DNA from: an uncultured candidate division Zixibacteria bacterium
GTDB taxonomy: Bacteria > Zixibacteria > MSB-5A5 > GN15 > FEB-12
NCBI GenBank assembly: GCA_963664195.1
Contig: OY760907.1
Span: 960,001-1,024,000, forward strand
Length of the DNA stretch: 64,000 nucleotides
Direction of reading: 5' to 3'
A model generated the notes under the pieces. It was given only the letters and a program-made list of their open reading frames with translations, was not told the origin of the DNA and made no database searches. Positions 48,535 to 58,543 of the stretch are shown in pieces. Each line of letters starts with the position of its first letter. The first letter of the stretch is position 1. The position numbers were made by a program, and so were the translations under genes.

Positions 48535-50666
48535 TCCGTGATTCCCATGCAATCCAGCACAAACGCGTACTCGAAGGCTGTTTCCCGAAGATAATCGTAG
48601 CGTCCGGATGAGCCGCCGTGGCCGGCGCCCATATTCGTCAGCAACAGAATACGATTCTCGTGTTCAGGGTTGAGGGCGCGAAGCTTCGCCGTGTATTTCG
48701 TTCCCTCCCAGTACTGCACGCGGGTGTCGTTCAACGAGGACTCTATAAGAATGTGCGGATAGTCTTTCTTTGCGACGTTGTCATACGGCGAGTACGACAA
48801 CATGTAATGAAAGTACTCTTCCTCGTTTGGGTTGCCCCACTCGTCATACTCGACCACGGTGAGCGGAATCGAGGCGTCGAGCATCGTGTTCATAACGTCG
48901 ACAAAAGGAACTCCGACAATCGCCGCGCCGAATTGCTCGGGAGCCATGTTGACAACCGCACCCGTCAGCAGTCCGCCCGCGCTGTAACCGACGGCAGCCG
49001 TCTTCTCAGCGGTTGTGTACTTCTGTTCGCAGAGGTATTTCGCGCAGTCTATGAAATCCGTGAATGTATTCTTCTTTTTCAACAGCTTGCCGTCGTCGTA
49101 CCACGGCCGTCCCATCTCACCGCCGCCGCGCACGTGCGCCAGAGCGTAGATGAACCCGCGGTCGAGCAGGCTCGGACGACTGACTGAGAACCAGGGATCC
49201 ATGCTGTCACCGTAGGACCCGTAACCGTAGAGCATGAGCGGATTGCTGCCGTCTTTCACCAGTCCCTTCTTGTAGACCATAGAGACAGGAATCTGCGTTC
49301 CGTCGGCGGCAGTGGCAAACACACGTTCGGTTACGTAGTTATCGGGATCGAATCCACCGGGGACTTCAGTCCGTTTCAGCAACTCAAGAGAGTGAGTGGC
49401 CATGTTGTAGTCATAGATCGTTTTCGGTGTGACATAGGACTGGTATGTCAGACGCAGTCTATCCGTCCGAAAGTCCGGATTTTCAGCGATTTTGAACCTG
49501 TACGAATAAACCGCTTCGGGGAACGCCACATTATGGCTTTTGTTGCTCGCCAGATCGGTCACACGGATAGTTCGCAAACCGTCTTCCCGCTCAAGGAGAA
49601 CCATGTAATCATCGTACATCTCAACCGTCTCTATGAAGATGTTCGGATCGTGCGCAATCAGCTCTTTCCAATTCTTCTTCGAGGGATTCCGCACCGACGC
49701 GGTCATCACCTTGAAATTGACCGCGTTCTCATTGGTCAGAATGTAGAACTTGTTCCCGTGGTGCGCGACCGTGTATTCAAGCCCTTCCTCACGCGGCTGG
49801 ATGATTTTCAATTGTCCCTGTGGATTGTCCGCTTTGAGATAGTGAATCTCGTAGGTAACCTTGCTGGCGGTCTCCATCAGGAGATATTCGCCGCTTCGGG
49901 TGCGGGAGATCGACATCCAGAACTTCTCGTCGTCTTCCTGAAAAACCAGGACGTCTTTGGCAGGATCGGTACCGAGCGTATGGCGATACAGTTGATATGG
50001 CCGCCAGGCCTCATCCGGTACGGTGTAGAAGATGGTCTTGTTATCGTTTGCCCAGGCAGCCTCGCCGCTGGTGTTGGGTATCTGTTCCGAGAGCTGTTCG
50101 TCGGTGGAGAGATTCTTGAAATGCAGCGTGTAGCGTTCTGAGCCGTTGTCATCGGTGCCGTAGACGAGCATGGAATGATCAGGACTGGGCTGAAACGGGG
50201 CGATGTCTGTGAAATCCTTCCCCTCAGCAACGGCGTTAACATCAAGCAGGATTTGCTCCGGCGCTTCCAGCGATCCCCGTTTGCGGCAGTAGATTTCGTA
50301 CTGTTTGCCTTCTTCCTCACGGTCGTAGTAAAAATACTCACCGTCTTTGACCGGCACCGACAGATCGGTTTCTTTGATGCGCGCTTTGCACTCCTGGAAG
50401 AGCTTCTCCTGCAAACCTTCGGTGTGCTTCATGACGGCATCTGTGTAGTCGTTCTCGGCGTTGATGTAAGCGAGGACCTCGGGATTGGCCCGATCGCGCA
50501 GCCAGTAGTAGTTGTCTGTCATCTCCACACCGAACAGGGTGTCGATTTTCGGTTCGACCTTGGCTATAGGCGGCACGGGCGTGCTGCTGCAAGCGGCCAG
50601 TGAGAGACAGATGGACGCGACAACAACTGCCGCGAGGGATTTCCTCCAACATGTAACGTTAAGCAT
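48531..50666 (-). CDS. ptrB: Oligopeptidase B (S9A), lipoprotein
   Basis: LAAC lipobox; YGYGSYG, HVRGGGEMG, GYSAGGL and GAGHGG motifs. Confidence 0.92.
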   Translation of the reverse strand: MLNVTCWRKSLAAVVVASICLSLAACSSTPVPPIAKVEPKIDTLFGVEMTDNYYWLRDRANPEVLAYINAENDYTDAVMKHTEGLQEKLFQECKARIKETDLSVPVKDGEYFYYDREEEGKQYEIYCRKRGSLEAPEQILLDVNAVAEGKDFTDIAPFQPSPDHSMLVYGTDDNGSERYTLHFKNLSTDEQLSEQIPNTSGEAAWANDNKTIFYTVPDEAWRPYQLYRHTLGTDPAKDVLVFQEDDEKFWMSISRTRSGEYLLMETASKVTYEIHYLKADNPQGQLKIIQPREEGLEYTVAHHGNKFYILTNENAVNFKVMTASVRNPSKKNWKELIAHDPNIFIETVEMYDDYMVLLEREDGLRTIRVTDLASNKSHNVAFPEAVYSYRFKIAENPDFRTDRLRLTYQSYVTPKTIYDYNMATHSLELLKRTEVPGGFDPDNYVTERVFATAADGTQIPVSMVYKKGLVKDGSNPLMLYGYGSYGDSMDPWFSVSRPSLLDRGFIYALAHVRGGGEMGRPWYDDGKLLKKKNTFTDFIDCAKYLCEQKYTTAEKTAAVGYSAGGLLTGAVVNMAPEQFGAAIVGVPFVDVMNTMLDASIPLTVVEYDEWGNPNEEEYFHYMLSYSPYDNVAKKDYPHILIESSLNDTRVQYWEGTKYTAKLRALNPEHENRILLLTNMGAGHGGSSGRYDYLRETAFEYAFVLDCMGITE

Positions 50667-50705
50667 GAATGCTCCCTTCAGGTGTACAGGCTGCGACTTT
50701 TGTCG

Positions 50706-51125
50706 CTACTCACCAATAATCTTGATCAACACGCGTTTGCGTCGACGGCCGTCAAACTCGCCGTAAAATATCTGTTCCCAGGTACCGAAATCAAGCTCGC
50801 CATTTGTGATAGCGACTACTACCTCGCGACCCATTATCTGCCGTTTCATGTGCGCATCGGCGTTGTCTTCGCCGGTGTCGTTGTGACGATACTGCGCAAT
50901 CGGGGCGTGTGGAGCCAATGTCTCAAGCCAGGTTTCGTAATCGGCGTGGAGACCGCGCTCGTCATCATTGATGAACACCGAGGCGGTGATATGCATAGCG
51001 TTGACCAGAACCAGGCCCTCACGGACACCGCTTTCATCGATACAGTCTTTGACGTCGGGGGTAATGTTGACAAACCCTCGGCGAGAGGGGATGTCGAACC
51101 AGAGTTCCTTGCGATAGCTTTTCAT
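50706..51125 (-). CDS. yjbQ: YjbQ/UPF0047 family protein
   Basis: HITAS..IN, NADAHMK and [13 protein letters not shown] motifs. Confidence 0.9.
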   Translation of the reverse strand: MKSYRKELWFDIPSRRGFVNITPDVKDCIDESGVREGLVLVNAMHITASVFINDDERGLHADYETWLETLAPHAPIAQYRHNDTGEDNADAHMKRQIMGREVVVAITNGELDFGTWEQIFYGEFDGRRRKRVLIKIIGE

Positions 51126-51679
51126 CAGTTCTCACTTCGTTTTCCGGTTAGAGGATACTCAGCCTCCACCTGGTGCAGGGCCTTCTCCGATGACAGGAAC
51201 GAGGAATATAGGCAAAACTCCTCCACCGCAAAAGGCTCTAACTTCAACAAAGAGTTGGCGGTAAGGAAACCGGCCACTCTCTCAGGCGGGCAGTTTTTGA
51301 GTCTGGCCAGACCGATATGCGGCGTGAATTTCCGCTTTTCTGCCGGCAGTCCGGTCCGCTGAAGGGTCGATTCAATCCGACGGTGCAATACGACCAGTGA
51401 CTCGTTTCGCTCTATCCCGGCCCAGAGCGTTTCAGGGTTGCCGCGCGGTGGAAAAAAGCCGACGCCGCTGACAGTGAGGGCAAACGGCTCGGACTCGATT
51501 GTCCCCAGCGCCTCGGCAACGTCGCGGAACACGGCCCCGTCGACTTCGCCGATGAATCGCAGTGTCAGGTGCAACCGGGTTTCGTCGAACCATTTGGCTG
51601 CAGAGATTCCGTAGCATATTTGCAGGAGATCGTCCTTAACTCGTTCCGGGAGTTCGATTGCAACGAATAAACGATACAT
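51125..51679 (-). CDS. thpR: RNA 2',3'-cyclic phosphodiesterase (2H family)
   Basis: [14 protein letters not shown] and F.PHI.LAR motifs. Confidence 0.9.
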   Translation of the reverse strand: MYRLFVAIELPERVKDDLLQICYGISAAKWFDETRLHLTLRFIGEVDGAVFRDVAEALGTIESEPFALTVSGVGFFPPRGNPETLWAGIERNESLVVLHRRIESTLQRTGLPAEKRKFTPHIGLARLKNCPPERVAGFLTANSLLKLEPFAVEEFCLYSSFLSSEKALHQVEAEYPLTGKRSEN

Positions 51680-51897
51680 GATGACTGTCCTCCTTGAAGC
51701 AACGAGTTCGAGGTATCGGTTGCCCCGCCGACTCCCGTATAATGTAACGTTTGTTGAGGATAGAGCAAAGGAGGTTGTGAACATTTGGATAAGTCTGAAA
51801 CCAACCGGCTCAGCCTTTGTTATTGACACGACCGCCTGAGAACAGTTACTCATACCCTGCGGAGCACATAGCACCCGAAACCTGAGGATGAATACCC

Positions 51898-52914
51898 TTG
51901 GACCCGTTACCACGCATTTCTGTCGTCATCCCCATACGCAACGAAGAACGCTTTATCGGCCAGACGATTAAATACCTCCAGGCGCAGGACTACCCGACCG
52001 ACCGGTTTGAGATCATCGTTGTCGACGGTGAGTCCGATGACCGAACCGTCAGCATTGTCGAGGAAATCGCGGCCAATGACAATCGGGTGAAACTCTGCTC
52101 GAATCCGAAACGCTTGTCTTCCGCCGCCAGAAATGTCGGTGCAAGAAACGCCACCGGGGATATTGTCACGTATGTCGACGGCCATACGTACATCGACAAC
52201 GATCAGCTGCTGAAGAGCATTGCCGCGATTCTCGAAGAAAAAGACGTGCGCGTGCTCAGCCGTCCGCAGTTTCTTGAGACGCCGGAGAACGATGAATTCC
52301 AGCGGGCAGTTGCTCTGGCGCGGCGCTCCAAAGTCGGCCACGGGCTGGATTCGACCATCTACAACGAAAAGGATGAGTACGTCAACCCGACAAGTTCCGG
52401 CGCTACCTATATGAAGGACGTATTCGAGGAGGTCGGGTACTTCGATGAGGATTTCGATGCCTGCGAGGACGTCGATTTCAATTTCCGCGTCGCCAAGGCG
52501 GGATACCAGTCGTTCACCTCGATGAAACTCGCTGTGTACTACTATCCGAGAGACTCAATCAGCGGTCTCTTTCACCAGATGAAACGATACGGGCAGGGGC
52601 GGTTCCGACTCGCACGTAAACACCCTGAGACGCTGGGACTTGGGACATTGATTCCCTTTTTCTTCACCGTGGGTGTCCCGTTTGCCGCAGTGATGTCGGC
52701 TATTCATCCGGTGTTCAACCTGTTGTTCATGCTGGCTGTAGTTCCGTACCTGTTGATGATCGGTGCATCATCGGTGATCGTGGCCGCAGAAAACGGCTGG
52801 GGGTATCTGCCGATGCTGCCGCTGATTTATGTGACGATCCATGTCGGCCTCGGCTGGGGGTTTCTCATTGAGTTGGTGACGCACTATACTGGGAAAGGGG
52901 TGCCGACCCAATGA
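51898..52914 (+). CDS. Glycosyltransferase family 2 (ExoA-like)
   Basis: SVVIP.RNEE, VDGESDD, VDGH and EDVDFN motifs; C-terminal TM helices. Confidence 0.9.
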   Translation: MDPLPRISVVIPIRNEERFIGQTIKYLQAQDYPTDRFEIIVVDGESDDRTVSIVEEIAANDNRVKLCSNPKRLSSAARNVGARNATGDIVTYVDGHTYIDNDQLLKSIAAILEEKDVRVLSRPQFLETPENDEFQRAVALARRSKVGHGLDSTIYNEKDEYVNPTSSGATYMKDVFEEVGYFDEDFDACEDVDFNFRVAKAGYQSFTSMKLAVYYYPRDSISGLFHQMKRYGQGRFRLARKHPETLGLGTLIPFFFTVGVPFAAVMSAIHPVFNLLFMLAVVPYLLMIGASSVIVAAENGWGYLPMLPLIYVTIHVGLGWGFLIELVTHYTGKGVPTQ

Positions 52915-53651
52915 CCGGAAAATGGCGCATTATCCTGATCCTCTCATTGATCGCAAACGCATCGATCCTCTATGTCGCGTACAAAGCGCTCGAATATCGC
53001 GGGCATATCAACCATTTCCTTGAGAAGTACACGGAAGTTGTCGACGAGTTCTCCCAGCGCAAAGTGTACGATTCTGCCAATGTGCCGCTTCGCTCGGACA
53101 CGACCGTCCACAATCGGATCGTGTTCTTCGGAACGCAGGTGACCGAGCACTGGCAGCTCACAGATTCCTTTTCCGCATACGAAGCGATCAATCGGGGAGT
53201 GAGCGGCCAGCGTGTCGCCGGGTTGCTGCTGCGGTTCAGACCGGACGTAATCGAATTGAGACCGGAAGCAGTCGTAATCGAGGTCAGTTCGTACAATTTC
53301 AGGCCCAACGCTGCCGTGAAAGAGATCGGGGAGTACGTAGCTTCGATGGCTGAGCTGGCGCGCGCCCACGGTATCAGGCCGATCCTGACGTCGGTCATTC
53401 CGCCAACTACCGATTTCGACGTATTCGAGCATTCGGAGTATAAGGTCAAGGATTCGGTTGAAATATACAATCATTGGCTGACCGAGTACGCCGCCTCAGG
53501 CGGTTTTGATCTGGCAGATTTTGCGGCAACGGTGTCGGATGCGGAAGGATTTCTGGATCCGCGGTTTGCGTCGAGCCATGTCGACCTGAACGACACCGGC
53601 TATACGGCGGTCTCGGAAGTCATCCTGCGACTGCTTGAGCAAGATCAATAG
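52911..53651 (+). CDS. SGNH/GDSL-fold protein with degenerate catalytic motifs
   Basis: IVFFGTQVTE (block I), NRGVSGQ (block II) and SHVDLN (block V). Confidence 0.75.
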   Translation: MTGKWRIILILSLIANASILYVAYKALEYRGHINHFLEKYTEVVDEFSQRKVYDSANVPLRSDTTVHNRIVFFGTQVTEHWQLTDSFSAYEAINRGVSGQRVAGLLLRFRPDVIELRPEAVVIEVSSYNFRPNAAVKEIGEYVASMAELARAHGIRPILTSVIPPTTDFDVFEHSEYKVKDSVEIYNHWLTEYAASGGFDLADFAATVSDAEGFLDPRFASSHVDLNDTGYTAVSEVILRLLEQDQ

Positions 53652-53684
53652 TTCGGAAGCACCAATCTCAAGGAGCGATACGCA

Positions 53685-54542
53685 ATGAAGGCTCTCATTA
53701 TTCTGTTGATACTTTCGATTCTCGCCAACGTGTTTGGCGTACTGGTCCTCTACAAGTATTTCCAGAAGGACAAAATGCTCAAAGCGACCTTGGCGGAACT
53801 CAGGGCCAAAGATGAGACGCTCGCCCAGGTCAACCGTCAGCTCGACAACCGCCTTGTGTTCGTGCATCACTCGGTCGGACGCAACTGGCTGTCGCAGGGC
53901 GGCCTGAGGGATTCGCTGATGGCTCGTGGGATAGCAGTGCGTTCGATCACGAGAGGCGCTCCGCTCGGCGAAGAAACCGATATGTGTCACTGGGTGCCGA
54001 AATTCCGGAACGATATTGATCGCATCATCAAGTTTGACCATGCCCCGAATATCCCGTTCAGCGGTCCCGAGGAAAACGACATCATTATGTTCAAGTCCTG
54101 CTACCCGAACAGCAACGTTGTGGCTGAGGGTGAGGGCGAAGGCAACGCGACAGATTCAACGGCGACCCTGGCCAACTATCTCGCTGTGATGGCGGAGTTG
54201 GAACCGGTGTTCTCGGCGCATCCGGGCAAGAAGTTCGTCTATGTCACCTCTCCCCCGCTGATTCCAGAGCGGACGACATCCGAGAATGCCGCCCGCGCCA
54301 GAGAATTCAACGATTGGGTGAAGAGCGATTTCCTGATGCTCTACAACGAACACACCGGGCAAACGAATTTGCTGGTGTTTGATCTTTTTGACGTTCTCGC
54401 CGACGACACAAACGTGATGAAAGAGGAATACCGTCGCGGCGGCAACGACGCCCACCCCAACCGCAAGGCCAACCGTGAGGCGACAAAACGGTTCCTCGCG
54501 TTTCTGGACCAGCATCGGATAGGTTGGGAGGAGAGGGAATAG
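53685..54542 (+). CDS. Membrane-anchored SGNH-like protein
   Basis: FVHHSVG, MFKSC and DAHPN motifs. Confidence 0.65.
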   Translation: MKALIILLILSILANVFGVLVLYKYFQKDKMLKATLAELRAKDETLAQVNRQLDNRLVFVHHSVGRNWLSQGGLRDSLMARGIAVRSITRGAPLGEETDMCHWVPKFRNDIDRIIKFDHAPNIPFSGPEENDIIMFKSCYPNSNVVAEGEGEGNATDSTATLANYLAVMAELEPVFSAHPGKKFVYVTSPPLIPERTTSENAARAREFNDWVKSDFLMLYNEHTGQTNLLVFDLFDVLADDTNVMKEEYRRGGNDAHPNRKANREATKRFLAFLDQHRIGWEERE

Positions 54543-54560
54543 CGGGAGACCAGACGCTTC

Positions 54561-54839
54561 GGTGCCCCGCCCAGAGCGAAACGGAGTGAAGCCACTCATG
54601 GCAGAGCGTCGGGTGGGAGAATCTGAATGGCACCCCAAACTCAAAGATGTCGGGTTGCTCGGTACGCATGAAATGCGAACCTCGGAACACTGACCTACTC
54701 AGACTATAGATAAGTCATCTCTGAGCTAGTCGAAGTGTGGACCGAACAGAGAGAACGAGCAATCAAGTTGTGCGGTCTTCGACAAGCTCGGTCTGACTTG
54801 ATTGTTGATCATGTCACTCGAACGGCAATCGCGCCCTAC
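54561..54839. repeat. Mosaic REP cluster (families D, C, and B twice)
   Basis: D 54561..54621; C 54646..54698 (-); B 54712..54739 (+) and 54777..54800 (-). Confidence 0.85.
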
Positions 54840-56311
54840 CCCCGCCTCAGCTTCTTGCGGACTTTCATTAACATGTCACGCATGAACTGCTTCTCTTCCT
54901 CATTGAAGAACCGTGACACGTACAGCACAAGCGGATAGGTCAGACACAAGACCGATTTGATAGCGAGATTCGCGAAGTAGTTGCCGACATCCAACGCCTG
55001 GAATGCAAAATAGAACGCAAACGCAACACCGAAGATGATCGCCACCCTGCCCCATTCGACATACACTTTGTACAGTCGATTGCTGAAGTAAAAGCCCATC
55101 GACGAACGCAGGAAGTAACAAATGAACGTCGCCCATGCCGCGCCCCAGATCCCGTAAATCGGAATGAGCGTGATGTTCAAACCGAGATTGACAATAGCGT
55201 TGGTGACGTTGATATACGCGAAGTACTTGGTCTTCTTTGAGTAGGTGATCCCGACGTTGAAATGATAAAAAAAGCTCAGCACGATATGCGCCAGCGTTAT
55301 CAGCGGTACGATTTTGTAGGCGTCCCAGTACCGTTGCTCCGCCATGATATGGACAACGTCTTTCGCCAGTACTGAAATCCCCATGCCGCCAAACACGATC
55401 ACAAACACGAAATACGTGAACACTTTGCCGAACAACTCGCCGCTTCCTTCAGCTTTGAAAGCCTCGAGCCGTCGGGGGCCGTAGATTTGGTTAAACGGCG
55501 AGGTTACGAAATTCATCACCAGCGAGCCAAACTTGTAGCCAAGGCCGTAGATACCCGTCTGCCCCATGGAGACATACTCCTTGATGAAGTACCGATCCGA
55601 GGCGATGACAATGTAGGAAGCGATATTCGAGGGAATCAGCGGCAGACCAAACTTGATCAGCCCCTTGATGACATCTTTTGAGAAACCCAGCCCAACCTTA
55701 CGCAATACCATCGGCGTGACAATTGACATGGACATTGCCGCTGCCGCAAGGTTGCCCCAGAAAATCCCGGCTATTCCCATCTCCAGATGAACGATAAAAA
55801 AAATGTTCAGCGACAGGTTTACGACCAACTGGCCGATTGAGGCCGCCACGACCATCGTTGATTTCTTCTCCGCTCGCAAATAGGAGATGTTGATGTTGTT
55901 CAACATCGTCAGCCCCATCGAAACAAACGCGATCACAAAAAGCCTGGCGTACTCTGGATTGTCCAGCACGTGTTCGGCAAACAGACCGCTGCATGCAATC
56001 AAACCCAGAACTACCGGCAGGAGAACGGCACCAAGACCTATGAAAGCTGAACTGACAACTTTGTTGCGTTCCGATTGGATTTCGGAGTCGAAATAGAACC
56101 GCGTGACGCCGTGTGCAATACCCACGCCGACCACCATCTCGATCAAAGACGTCGTCAGCACCAGCAGTTCCATCACGCCGTAGTCGTCCGGAGAGAGATA
56201 GACGGTGTAGACCGGAATCATCAGGAACCCGGCCAGACGTCCTATACCCGGCGCCAGCCCGTAGATGGAACTGTGCTTGAGTAGGAGTTTACTTTCCTTC
56301 TTAACGGTCAT
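54836..56311 (-). CDS. Wzx-type polysaccharide flippase
   Basis: KHSSIYG, P.YT.YLSP.DYG, SDRYFI and GIWGAAWAT motifs; about 13 TM segments. Confidence 0.9.
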   Translation of the reverse strand: MTVKKESKLLLKHSSIYGLAPGIGRLAGFLMIPVYTVYLSPDDYGVMELLVLTTSLIEMVVGVGIAHGVTRFYFDSEIQSERNKVVSSAFIGLGAVLLPVVLGLIACSGLFAEHVLDNPEYARLFVIAFVSMGLTMLNNINISYLRAEKKSTMVVAASIGQLVVNLSLNIFFIVHLEMGIAGIFWGNLAAAAMSMSIVTPMVLRKVGLGFSKDVIKGLIKFGLPLIPSNIASYIVIASDRYFIKEYVSMGQTGIYGLGYKFGSLVMNFVTSPFNQIYGPRRLEAFKAEGSGELFGKVFTYFVFVIVFGGMGISVLAKDVVHIMAEQRYWDAYKIVPLITLAHIVLSFFYHFNVGITYSKKTKYFAYINVTNAIVNLGLNITLIPIYGIWGAAWATFICYFLRSSMGFYFSNRLYKVYVEWGRVAIIFGVAFAFYFAFQALDVGNYFANLAIKSVLCLTYPLVLYVSRFFNEEEKQFMRDMLMKVRKKLRRG

Positions 56312-56375
56312 CGCAGTCGGGGCAACTTTCGCGTTTTTGAATCGGTAAGTGCGTATCCGGTCTGGTCATAATCGA

Positions 56376-57713
56376 TCAACGGGGCAGGATCGAATCCAGC
56401 ACGTCCGCCAGCTCCTTAGATTTCGTCCTCCGGTCAAACGCCGGTGGAATACTGATCCGTGATTCCCTGGGTTCAATCGAAGTTCTCCACAAGTCGAATT
56501 GTTCGTCCAAGAATTCTGCGGTGCTCTCGATGTCCGGTTCGGTCACCGTGAGTCCGTTGTTATACTCGTCCAGCACTGCTTTCGCTTCACCGTCGCCGGG
56601 GACAATCGAAAGAATCGGTCGCCCGGTACAGGCATATTCAAACAGCTTGGCCGGCAGGACGCCTTTGCCACCGGGATCGAACCCAAGGATCAGCAACAAC
56701 AGGTCCGCCTGCCACAGGCGATTGAGCACCTGGTTGTGGGGAATGTGTGCTGACATCGTAATCAGTCCGTTCAGTGGTTTGTCTTTGACATACTTCTCAT
56801 AACCGGGTGCATTGCCGATAAACTCCGCCCGCACTCTGCCGATGATCTCCGGGCGTTTCTCTGCCCAGGCTTCCATTGCTTTGAAGAAAAAGAGCGGGTT
56901 GCGGTGACCGTACAACGATCCAAGATGCAGGATTTCAAACCGAACGTTTTTCTTCTCCGGCATCACGACATGGCTGAGGTCATCGATATCAATCCCGTTC
57001 GTAATCGCATGTACGTTCTCCGGCGGAACGCCGGGATTCTTATCGCGCAGCAGTTTCACGAACGAGTTAGTCGAGGTCGTAATCGCGCTGCTTCGATTGA
57101 TAATCTTCGGTTCCAACCAGCCGTCAATCCTGCGCTGCATGGGAGTCATATCTCTGTCCGAGTAGGCTTCGTTCTGGGTCCAGAGATCGCGGAAATCAAG
57201 CACCAGCGGTTTGCCGGTCAGGCATGCCAATCTGTAAGCAACTATATGTGAGCTGACCGGCGGCGACGAGGAATAAATGACGTCAATACTCTCGCTCCTG
57301 ATTGCCTTGAGGCCGGTCCAGACGCCAAACGGAATCCAGAAATTGTTCCGGTCCGGATACGAAAGCCAGGTACGGGCGAACCGTTTGGTCCGTGACAAAA
57401 TCGATGGCGCCTGTTCCTTTGGTTTCTCTCCCGACTCTGGTTCTGGAGATACCTTCGCGGAGGTGTCGGCAGGAGTGCTACGCCGATCCCACCAGCTCAT
57501 CGGCTCCCAGTTGCCGGAGCGATAGACCCGAACGGAAGAATCGATCTGATCAAGAAGAGCGTGGTCGTAAGCGACGTTGTAGCCGGACCTGACCGTCAGC
57601 ACCGATGGCTGCCAGCCGAATTCCGGAAGGAACTTGCAATACTTGATGGTGCGGTACCCCCCCACGGCGGCCATGGGCGGGAACACGTAAGAAATCAGCA
57701 GTACTTTTTTCAT
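56376..57713 (-). CDS. Glycosyltransferase family 4-like
   Basis: ISYVFPP, SSSPP, DFRDLW, ITNG.D and PAKLFEY motifs. Confidence 0.88.
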   Translation of the reverse strand: MKKVLLISYVFPPMAAVGGYRTIKYCKFLPEFGWQPSVLTVRSGYNVAYDHALLDQIDSSVRVYRSGNWEPMSWWDRRSTPADTSAKVSPEPESGEKPKEQAPSILSRTKRFARTWLSYPDRNNFWIPFGVWTGLKAIRSESIDVIYSSSPPVSSHIVAYRLACLTGKPLVLDFRDLWTQNEAYSDRDMTPMQRRIDGWLEPKIINRSSAITTSTNSFVKLLRDKNPGVPPENVHAITNGIDIDDLSHVVMPEKKNVRFEILHLGSLYGHRNPLFFFKAMEAWAEKRPEIIGRVRAEFIGNAPGYEKYVKDKPLNGLITMSAHIPHNQVLNRLWQADLLLLILGFDPGGKGVLPAKLFEYACTGRPILSIVPGDGEAKAVLDEYNNGLTVTEPDIESTAEFLDEQFDLWRTSIEPRESRISIPPAFDRRTKSKELADVLDSILPR

Positions 57714-57754
57714 TGAGCAGTCCGGTGGCGTTTCAAGATCGAAACGGAGGGCAT

Positions 57755-58339
57755 TCAGGCGTCCTTTTTTGCGGCGGCGTCGGCCGCTTCTTTGCGCAGG
57801 TTGCGGAAGCCAATCACGCGCGCCGGGTTGCCGGCCAGAATCGAGAATTCTTTGTACTTCTTACCGCCGACTACAGCGCCTGCGGACACGATGCACCCGC
57901 GCCCCATCTCCGTGCCCGGCATGATGAAGGCGTTCGAACCTATCCAGCAATCCTCGCCGATAATGACTTCTTTGAATTCGTGCCCCTGATCCTGGATGGG
58001 CATTTCATAATCGGCAAAGACATGGTTTGAAGACCAGATCGACACGCCCGGAGCTATGATCACATTATCCGCAAGGGTGACTCCCCCGCCCGCTTGAATG
58101 CGCACGTGATACCCAATATGGCAGCGTCTGCCGATCGAGAGTTTCTGGGGGTTACGTATGTAGACACCCTCGTGAAAGTGCGTACCTTCGCCGAGCGACT
58201 TGAGTGATTTCCGGTACAGCCGATATCGGAATTTCTGCCCGATGAGGCTTGGGATCAGTGAATACAGACCTTGCCAGTAGAAGAACTTGTGTCCCCTGAT
58301 ATCCCACCAGATCTCTTTGGTTGTTCGAGCAAAACCCAT
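57755..58339 (-). CDS. Hexapeptide-repeat O-acyltransferase
   Basis: Left-handed beta-helix repeats (IGEDCWIG, GCIVSAGAVV, AGNPARVI). Confidence 0.9.
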   Translation of the reverse strand: MGFARTTKEIWWDIRGHKFFYWQGLYSLIPSLIGQKFRYRLYRKSLKSLGEGTHFHEGVYIRNPQKLSIGRRCHIGYHVRIQAGGGVTLADNVIIAPGVSIWSSNHVFADYEMPIQDQGHEFKEVIIGEDCWIGSNAFIMPGTEMGRGCIVSAGAVVGGKKYKEFSILAGNPARVIGFRNLRKEAADAAAKKDA

Positions 58340-58543
58340 CGCGAACAGTCCCGTTTTATCCTGTCGACGCCGGCAGGTTGCCTGTGATCTTATTAGCCGG
58401 CGCGTTACTTCCTTGTTTACCTTATCGACCGGGAAGCGGAAAGTATCACCCTCCAGCCACCCCCTCATACTCAGCCGCAAGGTAATCTGTTAAATCGAGC
58501 GATTCAAGGATAATGCTTCGTCCTATCGAGAGACGTCAGTCGC

